From IMG/VR virus record IMGVR_UViG_3300025120_000150, positions 1 to 41,898 of that record: a stretch of 41,898 nt of DNA, one strand, 5' to 3'. Positions 17,385 through 26,900 of this stretch are shown here, piece after piece. The stretch's first letter is position 1, and the number at the start of each line of letters is the position of its first letter. Source of the DNA: a virus. Taxonomy: Duplodnaviria > Caudoviricetes. The notes beneath the pieces were generated by a model. It saw only the letters and a list, made by a program, of their open reading frames with translations. It ran no database searches and was not told where the DNA came from. The position numbers and the translations under genes are program-made.

Positions 17385-18065
17385 CTAAACCTCAGTAAAA
17401 TAATTATTAATAGAGGTTCTTATTGTGGAATAAACTGGTTTCAGTTTTTCACTTTGTATGGTCATGGTTTTAGCAAATTCTTCTGCTTTTTTTAAATCTG
17501 TCATACTTAACCAGCTGGCTATTTCTTTTTGAGATTTAACCTGTGTAATTTTGTCTAAATCTTTTGGATTTATAATAAATTTTTCATAAGGTAAATCTGC
17601 ATACCAAATCTTGCCATTTGGTTTAGCCTCTTTATTTTCATAATCATCTTGTATAGCTTGTGCATCATCATCATCTGAACCAATGCCACAGGCATTAGAA
17701 AGGGAATATTTACGAGCGTACGTAAGCGCTCCACCAAATTTTTGAGGTGATAGATTTTCAGCTGGAATAAAAAACCATCCAGAATGTAATTCAGATCCAT
17801 GACCATAGAATGATGTTTGTATCATCACACCTTTATCATGTGGTTTTTGATGTTGAAAATACATTATATTTTGTTTACAAAAAGAAGTTTTAACAGCCGA
17901 AATTATTGACTCTATAGAGGCATGCCCTCCGTACTGTCCAGTCTTATCTTTATAAGCGTGATCTATATTTAATTGAGCTTTGCACCAAGCTTCTACAAAT
18001 TCTTGTGTCAGCGTTGGTAGAGGAGCTGTATGCTCCGTATCTTGATTTGATCCTAAGTTTTCCAT
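17385..18065 (-). CDS. ERF family single-strand annealing protein
   Basis: PQKFGGALTYARKYSLSNACGIGSDDDDA signature. Confidence 0.92.
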   Translation of the reverse strand: MENLGSNQDTEHTAPLPTLTQEFVEAWCKAQLNIDHAYKDKTGQYGGHASIESIISAVKTSFCKQNIMYFQHQKPHDKGVMIQTSFYGHGSELHSGWFFIPAENLSPQKFGGALTYARKYSLSNACGIGSDDDDAQAIQDDYENKEAKPNGKIWYADLPYEKFIINPKDLDKITQVKSQKEIASWLSMTDLKKAEEFAKTMTIQSEKLKPVYSTIRTSINNYFTEV

Positions 18066-18123
18066 AATTTTTCCTAATAATCTTAATTGTTATAAAAATG
18101 TTATTAACATACATTTCATGTTT

Positions 18124-18146
18124 AATAACTCTTATTAGTAGTTATT
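18124..18146. promoter_or_regulatory. Putative repressor operator, copy 1
   Basis: AATAACTCTT-ATT-AGTAGTTATT; 2 mismatches to the palindrome AATAACTACT-N3-AGTAGTTATT; upstream of the ERF operon. Confidence 0.65.
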
Positions 18147-18338
18147 TTAGGGAAATTTTTTTTTATTGCTAGTGTTTTGTGTCTTTTTCTATCTCAATGA
18201 TAGACAAATATAAAGCGTTAAAAAGTATTTCGTCATGTTCCATGCTATAAGATTACTATCAATAAAAGAGAGGTCTACAGATATCGTAGGGATTATTTGG
18301 CGGTAAAAAATTACCGTAAAATTTTTCAGTTATTTAAA

Positions 18339-18923
18339 TTATTGTTTTATTTTCTGAAGCTTCGCAGTCAATTGAGCTGGTGTTATGTCAGAAGTTATTG
18401 CTTGAGAAAAATTTAATAAACTTATTTTTTGTTCATCAGTAATCGCGTCTTTTAAGAAACTAAATGTTCCCCCAGATGAATAAGTTTCTAATTGGTTCAT
18501 CATCATTTTCAATCTTTTTTCAACTTGGTTTTTGCAATAATGTAGAATTTGACTTCTTACCTCTTGATCATAAAGGGTATAACAAACTGTTCTTCTATCT
18601 TCAGGGCATGATTCCCTACGAATAATTTTTAATTTGATACCAGACTGTAATTTCTTTTTTACCATGTCTAAACCAACTATTTTTAATGATCCGTTTTTTG
18701 CACGGGGTAAGCCGTCGTATATCTCTATAGGCCTTACTGCTTCGCCTTGACTTTCTGCTTTTAAAAATTGGATAAGTATGTGGTAACCCAATCTGTGAGT
18801 CATAAAATAATCCCACCATGGTTCACTTTTGTGTGAAGAAAGTGAAGGAAGTTCCATGTGATTGACCTCAATCCCCATTAAATTTCTACCAGTTTTATCT
18901 GTTATAAAATCTTCTTTTGACAT
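18339..18923 (-). CDS. Winged-helix (MarR-like) protein co-oriented with the repressor
   Basis: IIRRESCPEDRRTVCYTL resembles the MarR wing motif (DxR/DRR); strong AAGGAG RBS. Confidence 0.55.
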   Translation of the reverse strand: MSKEDFITDKTGRNLMGIEVNHMELPSLSSHKSEPWWDYFMTHRLGYHILIQFLKAESQGEAVRPIEIYDGLPRAKNGSLKIVGLDMVKKKLQSGIKLKIIRRESCPEDRRTVCYTLYDQEVRSQILHYCKNQVEKRLKMMMNQLETYSSGGTFSFLKDAITDEQKISLLNFSQAITSDITPAQLTAKLQKIKQ

Positions 18924-18938
18924 AACCTCTCCTTAGCT

Positions 18939-19409
18939 TTATATCTGTTGCGATTTCTTTGAGGTATCTGCTCCTAGTAACTCTAAATCTTCCATAATTC
19001 GGTTTGTGTTTAAAGTGCCTTCCGTAGCTAAAATATTGTAATGCCTGTTGTAGAGTTTAGATCTAGCTAAGGCTGATATTTCTATCCCTAAGTTATCAAT
19101 TAAATTTTCAGTAGCTGTAACGACTTGTTCAAATTTACCAGTGTCTATAGTGGTAGCATCATTCATAGATCCTTTACCAGTAACTAACCAGGATAAATTT
19201 ATATTTAGATCATCACAGATTTGACATAGAATTTCTATTCGTGGGAACGTACCATGCGCCCACTTATTAACAGCCTGTTGTGAACTGTTATAGCGAACTC
19301 TTAATTCGTAGTTACGTCTTGTTGTTGGAAAATTACGAGCGTCTAAAGCTTGTGTAAGTCTTTTTGAAAATCCTTCCCTGATATGTTGAGCTATCGGTTC
19401 TTTTGTCAT
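18939..19409 (-). CDS. CI-like XRE-family repressor
   Basis: FSKRLTQAL..SQQAVNKWAHGTFPRIEILCQICDDLNINLSWLVTGKG; divergent from the replication genes; no recognisable S24 peptidase domain. Confidence 0.85.
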   Translation of the reverse strand: MTKEPIAQHIREGFSKRLTQALDARNFPTTRRNYELRVRYNSSQQAVNKWAHGTFPRIEILCQICDDLNINLSWLVTGKGSMNDATTIDTGKFEQVVTATENLIDNLGIEISALARSKLYNRHYNILATEGTLNTNRIMEDLELLGADTSKKSQQI

Positions 19410-19521
19410 TTATCTTAATAAGCTTATTAACTTAAAATCCTATAATCTTAAGTTGATTATACTCTCATATAAGGTAAAAACGCAGCTTTTATCTAGCTTT
19501 TCTTTACTATTTGAAGTGTTA

Positions 19522-19544
19522 AATAACTACTGTTAGTGGTTATT
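19522..19544. promoter_or_regulatory. Putative repressor operator, copy 2
   Basis: AATAACTACT-GTT-AGTGGTTATT; 1 mismatch to a perfect palindrome; between the repressor and replication genes. Confidence 0.7.
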
Positions 19545-19637
19545 ATTAATGTTATCAATACTGTGCCTTGTACTTTGACTGTTGTTGTGTGTAAAATGCA
19601 AAAATGGAGTTTAAGAAAAAAGGATAACGAAAGATCA

Positions 19638-20372
19638 ATGTGCATAGAGGCTTGGAACTGGGCGTGGAAAGTTGAAGGACTCACTCCAACTCGTAAATTA
19701 GTGTTATTGGCAATTGCTGATTACGCCGATCCGCACACAAAAAAAGCTTATCCCAGTAATGGACACCTTGCCCAAAGGGTTGGTCTTAAAGATCCTAAAG
19801 GCGTGCAAAGGATCATTAAAGAATTAGAAGAACTTGGTCATGTCAAAAGGACACCAAGGTATAAAAATGAGATCAAGGGACAAACTTCTAATTACATAAC
19901 ATGCTTAATACCCGATGGGCTTATTAACACCCCTCCCCACCGCTTAGATGCCCTCCCCCCCACCGACAGAGCGCACCCCAATACATTAGAGGATACAAAA
20001 GATAAACCAAGAAATAGTAAAGAAAGAATTGCTGAAGAATTATTATTTTCAATCAAGGAGATTTATCAAACTCATTTTCCTGATCATAAACAAAAAAATG
20101 TTTCATCTGAACATCAAACATTAATAGTAAGTTTATTGAAAAAACCTCCTAGGTTTGAAGATGAAGGACAGCTCAAAAAACAACCAGTAGACGATACGCA
20201 ATGGTGGGAAGAATATTTATCTTTCTGCGCCTTGTCTGATCAATTGGTAAATGGCTGGCAATTTGAAGATAAACGCAAAATTCCTGATCTGGAATTTTTG
20301 ATAAGAAGAAGAACATTGGGAAAGGTATTCAATCTTGATTATCACCCACAATTAAAAGGAGCGAAAAAGTGA
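19638..20372 (+). CDS. Replication initiator with N-terminal HTH (lambda O-like role)
   Basis: WAW..LTPTRKLVLLAIADYAD..YPSNGHLAQRVGL..IKELEELGHV..QTSNY; upstream of dnaB. Start placed at ATG 19638 rather than 19536. Confidence 0.8.
   Translation: MCIEAWNWAWKVEGLTPTRKLVLLAIADYADPHTKKAYPSNGHLAQRVGLKDPKGVQRIIKELEELGHVKRTPRYKNEIKGQTSNYITCLIPDGLINTPPHRLDALPPTDRAHPNTLEDTKDKPRNSKERIAEELLFSIKEIYQTHFPDHKQKNVSSEHQTLIVSLLKKPPRFEDEGQLKKQPVDDTQWWEEYLSFCALSDQLVNGWQFEDKRKIPDLEFLIRRRTLGKVFNLDYHPQLKGAKK
19928..19980. repeat. C-rich direct repeats inside the initiator gene, candidate replication origin
   Basis: CCCCTCCCCACCG (19930-19942) and CCCTCCCCCCCACCG (19951-19965), followed by A-rich sequence. Confidence 0.5.
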
Positions 20373-21712
20373 AGAAATTTCAAAGTATAGAAGCGGAGAG
20401 AGGTGTTTTAGGATGTATTTTATTAAAGAATAATTTATTAGGAACAATTGATCTAAGTCCAGAATTTTTTTCGGATCAAGCCCACGCTGAGATATGCAGA
20501 TCAATGCTTAGCTTAATGGACAATAAGTTAAACATAGACATTCTGACTGTTAGCGAAGGCTTACCAGAGCACTTGGCAGATACAGTCATAGACATAGCAA
20601 AAAATATACCAAGTACGGCTAATTTTAATTCTTACGTCCACATACTTAAAGAAACTAAACAAATGCGCGACCTATCAAATAGTGCACAGAAGATAGATGG
20701 CATTCTTTTAAATGGAGATAATTTTTCTGAAAGCTTGAATGAAGTGCAGTCTATGTTTATGGACACACAGGTTAGCAACAGCGAACCCAGATTGATAAAT
20801 GATATTTTACAAGAAGTCTTACAGGATGTTTTTGATCCTGATAAATCAAAGCTGATTGGAGTTAAGACAGGGTTTGCAGACATGGATAAAAGGATAGGCG
20901 GTTTTAAAAAGGGAAATTTAATTATTTTGGCGGCTAGACCTGGTATGGGAAAAACCACTTTAGCCCTGAACACCTGCTGGAACATTGCCAAGCAAAACAA
21001 AAGATCTTTATTTTTTAGTTTGGAAATGGAAGACAAAGAAGTAGTAAGAAAAATCATGTCTCAAGAATTGAGAGTGACAAATGAAGATCTTGATAATGGA
21101 AATGTATTTAATAAAAACAACAATGTTTTGAGCATTCAAGACGTGGTTAAAAATAAACAGTTTTATATTGATCAAACGCCAGCACTTACATTGGCGGAAA
21201 TGGGAGCTAGAGCAAGGAAGCTTAGTATGGAGAAACCATTGGACTTTATAGCGGTAGATTACATTCAATTAATTAACGAGAAGGCATTAAGTAGAACTGA
21301 AGAAATAAGAAAAATTTCAGGTGGTTTAAAAGCCCTAGCAAAAGAACTGGGTTGCCCGATTTTAGCTTTATCACAATTAAACAGATCGGTAGAAACAAGA
21401 ATAGACAAGAGGCCTTTATTGTCAGATTTAAGAGATTCAGGATCTATAGAACAAGATGCAGATATTTGCATGTTTATTTATAGACCAGATTACTACGAAG
21501 AAGACCAATCAAAATTCACCCATCATAGTGAAATCTTGATTAGAAAGTTTCGTATGGGAAAACCAGGAACTGAATATTTGATGTGGGATGCAGATGTATC
21601 TTCATTCAAGGATGTTCCAGAGGGATGGATGCCTCCTTTACCAGAGTCGGCTGAGGTAGTGAATCAACCATTTGGTAAAAGAGGAGTTAGAAAGATTAAT
21701 CCATTTGACTAA
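20369..21712 (+). CDS. dnaB: Replicative DNA helicase
   Basis: EAERGVLG, ILAARPGMGKT, FFSLEM, VDYIQL, LSQLNR, DLRDSGSIEQDAD. Confidence 0.97.
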   Translation: MKKFQSIEAERGVLGCILLKNNLLGTIDLSPEFFSDQAHAEICRSMLSLMDNKLNIDILTVSEGLPEHLADTVIDIAKNIPSTANFNSYVHILKETKQMRDLSNSAQKIDGILLNGDNFSESLNEVQSMFMDTQVSNSEPRLINDILQEVLQDVFDPDKSKLIGVKTGFADMDKRIGGFKKGNLIILAARPGMGKTTLALNTCWNIAKQNKRSLFFSLEMEDKEVVRKIMSQELRVTNEDLDNGNVFNKNNNVLSIQDVVKNKQFYIDQTPALTLAEMGARARKLSMEKPLDFIAVDYIQLINEKALSRTEEIRKISGGLKALAKELGCPILALSQLNRSVETRIDKRPLLSDLRDSGSIEQDADICMFIYRPDYYEEDQSKFTHHSEILIRKFRMGKPGTEYLMWDADVSSFKDVPEGWMPPLPESAEVVNQPFGKRGVRKINPFD

Positions 21713-21732
21713 GCGTTAGGAGGCGCAGTTAT

Positions 21733-21951
21733 GTGAAAAAATGCTCAGCCTGTAAAGAGCTGAAGCTAAAGGAAAAGTTTTATAAAGATAAATGGAAAAG
21801 AGACTTATTAATGTCTCGTTGTAAGGAATGCGAAAAAAGATTACAGAGAGAAAGATATAAGAAAAATAAAGGAGTGCCAGATAAGGTTTTGAGAATACAG
21901 GAATTAGCAATCCAATGGTACAAAGACACAAAGAGAATAAATAATGGATGA
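21733..21951 (+). CDS. Small zinc-finger protein
   Basis: CSAC...CKEC; GTG start with AGGAGG RBS. Confidence 0.7.
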   Translation: MKKCSACKELKLKEKFYKDKWKRDLLMSRCKECEKRLQRERYKKNKGVPDKVLRIQELAIQWYKDTKRINNG

Positions 21952-22291
21952 TTTTTTAAAAGAAAATTACGCAGAAAGAATAAGAGAACACGCAAGAATA
22001 ATTGAAGAAGCTGAAGTAGAACTTTTTAAGGCTGAAGCAAACGTAAAACATCTGCGAGCTAATTTGATGCTTAACGCAGAAAAGAAAGGTGTTCGTTCAA
22101 TTTCTGGGCAAGAAGTAATAGCAGATGCTACAGATGATCTGAAAGAAGCTCGTGAGTACGTTGGAATAATCAAAGGGAGATTACGCGGAGAAGTTACAAG
22201 ATTAGGTGCAACTAATACTGAGGTTGAAGTAGAAAAAACAAGACACGTTACCAATAGACAAGAAATGAGAGCATACGGGCATGGCACTTAA
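21944..22291 (+). CDS. Hypothetical coiled-coil protein
   Basis: Overlap-coupled ORF within the operon. Confidence 0.7.
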   Translation: MDDFLKENYAERIREHARIIEEAEVELFKAEANVKHLRANLMLNAEKKGVRSISGQEVIADATDDLKEAREYVGIIKGRLRGEVTRLGATNTEVEVEKTRHVTNRQEMRAYGHGT

Positions 22292-22598
22292 AGGCAGAAC
22301 ACCAACCAAAGCAGAAAAACAATGGATGGATAAGGTATCACAGTTTGGTTGCATTATTTGTTATGAAACATTGAATATTCCTCATGCCTGGTGTGAGATT
22401 CATCATTTAGATGGCAAAACTAAAAAGGACGCTCATTTTTTAACTATTGGATTATGTTACAAACACCACCGCGATCAGTCTAATCATCCTATGTGGGTAT
22501 CCCGACATAAAAATAAAAAACAATTTGAAGATAGATACGGAACTGAAGAATACCTTTTAGAAAGGACTAAATTTTATATTAACTTATGTGTTACTTAG
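22281..22598 (+). CDS. Ref-like (recombination enhancement) HNH nuclease
   Basis: KGRTPTKAEK..GCIIC..EIHH..HFLTIGLCYKHHR..F...YGTE..LL. Confidence 0.8.
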   Translation: MALKGRTPTKAEKQWMDKVSQFGCIICYETLNIPHAWCEIHHLDGKTKKDAHFLTIGLCYKHHRDQSNHPMWVSRHKNKKQFEDRYGTEEYLLERTKFYINLCVT

Positions 22599-22600
22599 CT

Positions 22601-22945
22601 ATGAAAGAAGAATGGAAAGAAGAATATGAGCAGATAAAAAAAGAGCTGCTCAACAGTAAAGAAGCTGTTGGTTTTAAAGATCAAACAGATATTTTAGTTG
22701 AAGAAAGAGGCAGAGATTATGGATCTCCAGATATATTTTTTTCGCAACTAGCCAAAGCAAAAGAAGGAATAACTGGCATACCTACTAGCGCAAGCAGAGA
22801 AGTAGGCTACATGCTTCTGTTTAAGGTTATTAGATACATAAACAATCCCAGTCATATTGATACGCTGGACGACATAGAAGGTTATGCAAGAATAGGAAAG
22901 ATGCTTGCTAATACTAATCAAGATAAAGATATGCACGAAAGTTAA
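22601..22945 (+). CDS. DUF6378-like protein
   Basis: ERGRDYGSP..F..MLLFKVIR..HIDTLDDIEGYA. Confidence 0.75.
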   Translation: MKEEWKEEYEQIKKELLNSKEAVGFKDQTDILVEERGRDYGSPDIFFSQLAKAKEGITGIPTSASREVGYMLLFKVIRYINNPSHIDTLDDIEGYARIGKMLANTNQDKDMHES

Positions 22946-23248
22946 TTGAAAGTTGACCACGTACACCACGCAAGGGAAATGGGGGGTATGCTGGATCATC
23001 AAGAACGCATGGACTATTTGCAGACAGTTCCTGAAAAAAACAGAAATTTGGTATTAAATTTAATGCCTATCTTTCTCTCCGTGACCATAGCCAATATAAA
23101 TACATCTGCAAAAAGAAAAGAGGCTTTGGACAACATACCGGAAGACGTAACTTTTGCACATGAAAGCAGTACAGTAAAAAGTTTTGTTAAAGCAAGAGTC
23201 ATACACCTCTTCAATGATCCTGAATCTAAATATGCAAAACGCTTTTAA
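22946..23248 (+). CDS. Hypothetical protein
   Basis: ORF with TTG start filling the operon gap; start uncertain. Confidence 0.6.
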   Translation: MKVDHVHHAREMGGMLDHQERMDYLQTVPEKNRNLVLNLMPIFLSVTIANINTSAKRKEALDNIPEDVTFAHESSTVKSFVKARVIHLFNDPESKYAKRF

Positions 23249-23666
23249 GTCTGATCTAAATATAGGGGTAGACATTGAAAAAGCTGTGCTTGATCAATTG
23301 AAAAAGAAGTTTCCATGTGCCGTGCAAATAGGTGGAAAGTTTAAAGATTATGATATTTGGATACCTGAAATACATAAATCGATAGAGGTTAAGAGTGATC
23401 AAAAATCACAATACACAGGTAACTTTCTTATTGAATGTGAAATGTATGGTAAACCCAGTGCCTTACTTTCCACTAAGGCAGATTATTGGGTTATTTATGA
23501 TGGATTGGAATATAGCTGGTATAGGCCTTCTAAGATCCTTGAATGTGTTGTAAGAACACAATTAACACCAGCCAGGTTTACTAGCAGAGGAGACACAACA
23601 CAAAAGCTTGCTTACTTAGTGCCTGTTAAGTCTTTAAAAGAGTACAGGGAAGAAAGAATTAAATGA
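23232..23666 (+). CDS. PD-(D/E)XK nuclease-like phage protein
   Basis: YDI..IEVKSDQKSQYTGNFLIE..KPSALLSTKADYW. Confidence 0.7.
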   Translation: MQNAFKSDLNIGVDIEKAVLDQLKKKFPCAVQIGGKFKDYDIWIPEIHKSIEVKSDQKSQYTGNFLIECEMYGKPSALLSTKADYWVIYDGLEYSWYRPSKILECVVRTQLTPARFTSRGDTTQKLAYLVPVKSLKEYREERIK

Positions 23667-23824
23667 GCACGATGGTTTTATATTTAGAAAGTTATTTAGA
23701 TAGTTGTTACAAAAGCTATCTTAAAAGATGCAATGTAGAAAAGATAAAAACTATCGTAAATAAAGAAGAATTTAGGATGATTTTAGAACATATATACGAA
23801 CAGGAGGACATAGAAAATGACTAA
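23663..23824 (+). CDS. Hypothetical protein, 53 aa (not in ORF track)
   Basis: ATGA-coupled ORF MSTMVLYLESYLDSCYKSYLKRC... fills the gap between neighbours. Confidence 0.55.
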   Translation: MSTMVLYLESYLDSCYKSYLKRCNVEKIKTIVNKEEFRMILEHIYEQEDIEND

Positions 23825-24026
23825 AAAGGAACAAATAAAAAACTTATTGAAAGAAAAGGACATTAATTTCAATGACGTAAAATTTATAGCTAACAACCCA
23901 AGCGGAATGAAAGATTTAGATTTTCCCAGAGGCTGGTGCTACCAAGTTCCTGGTGAGAAGGTTTGGAGAACATTAGGCAAGAATTCGGACGAGGCAATAA
24001 GAAACATTAAAACTAATGGGAAATAA
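23817..24026 (+). CDS. Hypothetical protein
   Basis: AGGAGG RBS; 69-aa ORF. Confidence 0.7.
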   Translation: MTKKEQIKNLLKEKDINFNDVKFIANNPSGMKDLDFPRGWCYQVPGEKVWRTLGKNSDEAIRNIKTNGK

Positions 24027-24270
24027 GATGGAAGATTATAAGGTTGTTTATATACACAGAGAAAAAGAAAAATGGATTCCCATTGAAGAGACTCCAGTGC
24101 AAGAATCATTTATGTATTTGATAACGGGTAAATATGTTGATGGTGAAGAATTTTTACATCCTATCAATGAAAGTCCACAAAAAGCCTCGATAGCCTACGC
24201 AAGATTTGGGGGGCATGTTGGATATTATATGCCCGTCCCTACTCCTCCTCCATGTAGTCAGGTAAGTTAA
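24016..24270 (+). CDS. Hypothetical protein, last gene of the rightward operon
   Basis: Overlaps the upstream ORF; converges with the leftward operon. Confidence 0.6.
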   Translation: MGNKMEDYKVVYIHREKEKWIPIEETPVQESFMYLITGKYVDGEEFLHPINESPQKASIAYARFGGHVGYYMPVPTPPPCSQVS

Positions 24271-24514
24271 CAGATGTTCTCTTTATGTAATTAGCTTTGT
24301 TCTTACACCTTCTTGAGCAGTAAATTTTACTCATCCTGGTTGAAACAAATTTAGATCCACAATACAGACAATCTTTTGTACGATCATCTTCAAATCTACT
24401 TACTTTTTTTTGTAAAACTTTGAGGTTTTTACTGGCAAAACCAGTATTGTTTAGATCTCCAAGCAAATCTATTAACACCCTAGATTCTTTTCTAGTGAAT
24501 TTAATTCCTGACAT
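24239..24514 (-). CDS. Zinc-binding hypothetical protein
   Basis: CLYCGSKF...YCSRRC motif. Confidence 0.65.
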   Translation of the reverse strand: MSGIKFTRKESRVLIDLLGDLNNTGFASKNLKVLQKKVSRFEDDRTKDCLYCGSKFVSTRMSKIYCSRRCKNKANYIKRTSVNLPDYMEEE

Positions 24515-24768
24515 TATTTTCTATTTGCGTAAATGCCTTTAAGCTTTTCTTTGGGCATATATTCGCGCATTAAATCGTCAAACAATTCTTTTCTTACTTT
24601 TGTTTTATCTTTTGCAGTTAATGAAGATCTGATAATTAGATCTGAGATTTTAGGCTTAAAAGTTTTGTGATGGTTTGCTTCGTACACGCATTCATCACAC
24701 CAAGCCCAAGTTATTTGCCCGTGAGTATCAGAGTTAAAATAAAAACTATTTAATAAAGTTTTTTCCAA
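24514..24768 (-). CDS. Hypothetical protein
   Basis: TAATG-coupled ORF; start uncertain. Confidence 0.55.
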   Translation of the reverse strand: MEKTLLNSFYFNSDTHGQITWAWCDECVYEANHHKTFKPKISDLIIRSSLTAKDKTKVRKELFDDLMREYMPKEKLKGIYANRK

Positions 24769-24893
24769 GACCTATCTTCCTCGCTAATTTTTTTATCCAC
24801 TCTCTCTCTTCTTCCTTTTCTCTTTTAGATCTTTCCTGAATTTCATAATTGATATTTCCTTCACGATTGATCTTTATCATTTCCTGTATGTGT

Positions 24894-25325
24894 TTACTGT
24901 CTGAATGCGCCATAGCATGCCTCCTGTTCTGTTTGATACTGTGTTTCTATTGCCTGTGTAATCTGCGGATCTTTGAAGTTAAACTTCATAGCTTCATCTA
25001 TATTTTTAAATATCCGAAATTCATCACAAACAACCCTGCAAGCTCTTTCAACCATTTCTAGCGGATAGCTTGTGCAACTCTCCTCTATTAATTTTTCTTT
25101 TCTAAAATCACTATAAAAAATAAACTGCCAACCCTCTGCGTTACCTAAAGATAAAAAATCTTTTGCATGATTTGTGTAGTCAGGATAATTTTCATCAGAA
25201 ATTGATATTCTTTGAATTTCAGATCCAGTGATATTCTTACAAATTTCTAAAATTTCAGGATGACTTGCGTACCAAACGTCAACATGTTCCAGCTGGCGCT
25301 TAACTATTAATTGCTTATTACTCAT
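24894..25325 (-). CDS. Hypothetical protein
   Basis: 143-aa ORF in the leftward operon. Confidence 0.7.
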   Translation of the reverse strand: MSNKQLIVKRQLEHVDVWYASHPEILEICKNITGSEIQRISISDENYPDYTNHAKDFLSLGNAEGWQFIFYSDFRKEKLIEESCTSYPLEMVERACRVVCDEFRIFKNIDEAMKFNFKDPQITQAIETQYQTEQEACYGAFRQ

Positions 25326-25525
25326 ATTAAAACCTTTTTGCTCTTGTTGATTGTACCATTCAGCAAATTTTTTTTAGGGTTTTTTGCTCTGTTAATCCTG
25401 TTTCTTATGTGGTCGTCTAAGGTTTGATAACCTTTACCCTGACAAGCAAAACAATACCTTGAGGGTTTCCATCTATAACGACCTTCTGCACAGTCAGGCG
25501 CATCACATTGTTTATATTTATACAT
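25322..25525 (-). CDS. Small DnaJ-type zinc-finger-like protein
   Basis: CDAPDCAEG...CFACQGKG; AAGGAG RBS. Confidence 0.65.
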   Translation of the reverse strand: MYKYKQCDAPDCAEGRYRWKPSRYCFACQGKGYQTLDDHIRNRINRAKNPKKNLLNGTINKSKKVLI

Positions 25526-25659
25526 TAGCTTTTCTCCTTAACAGTTAGATCATATTCAGCTTCAGTAAGATAAGAATAAGACTTTAGAAACTCCTGTTTA
25601 GTTAATATCTTGAAGTCTTTCATCTTCTCTTTGTCGGTAATAAATGATGTGTATTCCAT
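25525..25659 (-). CDS. Hypothetical protein, 44 aa (not in ORF track)
   Basis: MEYTSFITDKEKMKDFKILTKQEFLKSYSYLTEAEYDLTVKEKS; TAATG coupling at both ends. Confidence 0.65.
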   Translation of the reverse strand: MEYTSFITDKEKMKDFKILTKQEFLKSYSYLTEAEYDLTVKEKS

Positions 25660-25880
25660 TAGCTTTGCCCCTTGTTAAAAAATCCGCTCAGTATGTCTTC
25701 AACCTGTTCAGATATATCCATAAATTTATTTTGAGCATCTTCGGTATAAACTTCACCTCCGTTTTCGTCTTCTGTCCATACAGGGTCTAAAGCGGAATAT
25801 TCAAGAATATGATTAGATAAGGTTGAATATAGTTCTATCCAAGTTTCAGAGGGTATAGTTATTTTGTTCGGATTAGCCAT
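25659..25880 (-). CDS. Hypothetical acidic protein
   Basis: AAGGAG RBS; 73 aa. Confidence 0.7.
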   Translation of the reverse strand: MANPNKITIPSETWIELYSTLSNHILEYSALDPVWTEDENGGEVYTEDAQNKFMDISEQVEDILSGFFNKGQS

Positions 25881-25979
25881 TAGTTTTCTCCTTTAATTTT
25901 TTTCTAGCTTCGGCGGATCTTTTTTTTCTTTCCCACAGAACCCTGGTTCTTGGTTTAATTTTGTTAATAGTCATGGCTT

Positions 25980-26276
25980 TTAAAATAGATCCCGCAAAGG
26001 TGTCCCTTTTGGCACGTCTTTTGGTCTTGGTTTATCTTCGATTAAGCTATTACTAAAACGTTTCTCAGGTTCAATAACTAGATCTTTAGCCAGTGCGTTA
26101 ATGTCGTAATCTATCAACGCCTCAAGATCTTTAATCTCTTGCTCTAAAATGAGCGCTTTAGATCTGAATTTATATCTTGGGTAAGTATCAGCCCAACCAG
26201 TTTTAATTTCTTGTTGTTTGCTTTCGATCAAATCATCTACGCGCTCTAATCTTTGTTGTATTAGTTTCTTATACAT
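25980..26276 (-). CDS. Hypothetical protein
   Basis: Likely start at MYKKLIQQ; the longer 5' extension overlaps the upstream gene. Confidence 0.55.
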   Translation of the reverse strand: MYKKLIQQRLERVDDLIESKQQEIKTGWADTYPRYKFRSKALILEQEIKDLEALIDYDINALAKDLVIEPEKRFSNSLIEDKPRPKDVPKGTPLRDLF

Positions 26277-26685
26277 GCCGACCATACCCCAACCACCAAG
26301 AAGAAACGGTATATTGTTCTTCTTTGCAGTCGTTACAGTAACAATCCATTTCTGCATTTTTTCTGAGGTAGCTAGAAAAATCGTTAAATATATGAATATC
26401 AGGACTAGCACATTCATTACATAGCCATTTACTAACATAGGCCTCGTCTTCATAGAAATAAGTAGTCATTATTTGTTTACCTCTTCTAATGACATATTCA
26501 AAACTAATCTTTTTATTTACATAAAAGCGGCAAGTACTAAGACCATAAACCCAGCCCGCGTTGGCTTCCGTTGAAACTGTTGAATTATCATCAAAGGTAA
26601 ATATATATTTAGGGTTTCCATTAATAGAATTTTTACCTCTTACGCATTCAATACAGTATTTATTTGCTATTTGTTTAGCACTCAT
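26269..26685 (-). CDS. Hypothetical protein with C-terminal zinc ribbon
   Basis: AGGAGG RBS before MSAKQ; CNEC...CNDC. Confidence 0.7.
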   Translation of the reverse strand: MSAKQIANKYCIECVRGKNSINGNPKYIFTFDDNSTVSTEANAGWVYGLSTCRFYVNKKISFEYVIRRGKQIMTTYFYEDEAYVSKWLCNECASPDIHIFNDFSSYLRKNAEMDCYCNDCKEEQYTVSSWWLGYGRHV

Positions 26686-26815
26686 CAGCTGCCTCCTCTT
26701 CATCACCATAATTAACGAAAATCATTTTTTCCTCTATCCACTTTTCGTCAATACCATCTTTTACTAATTTTTCTTTCATCAACTTTTTTAGCTTTTTTGA
26801 ATCAAGTTCTATCAT
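26675..26815 (-). CDS. Hypothetical protein, 46 aa (not in ORF track)
   Basis: AGGAG RBS; MIELDSKKLKKLMKEKLVKDGIDEKWIEEKMIFV... Confidence 0.55.
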   Translation of the reverse strand: MIELDSKKLKKLMKEKLVKDGIDEKWIEEKMIFVNYGDEEEAADEC

Positions 26816-26842
26816 CTATTCTCTCCTGTTATTAATACCGCG

Positions 26843-26900
26843 AAAGCCCCCATTTAAGGAGGCAAGAAGAACGGGAATGCTTGGGGTACACCCCCGCTCT
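26843..26900 (-). other. GC-rich tandem stem-loops (terminator, processing site or structured RNA)
   Basis: Minus strand AGAGCGGG..CCCGTTCT stem, then GCCTCC-TTAAAT-GGGGGC-TTT; G-U pairs favour the minus strand. Confidence 0.5.

Noticed and set aside
19536-19637. N-terminal extension of the initiator, or a cro gene
   Set aside because: It overlaps the operator/promoter region, has no HTH character, and the family-like sequence begins at ATG 19638.
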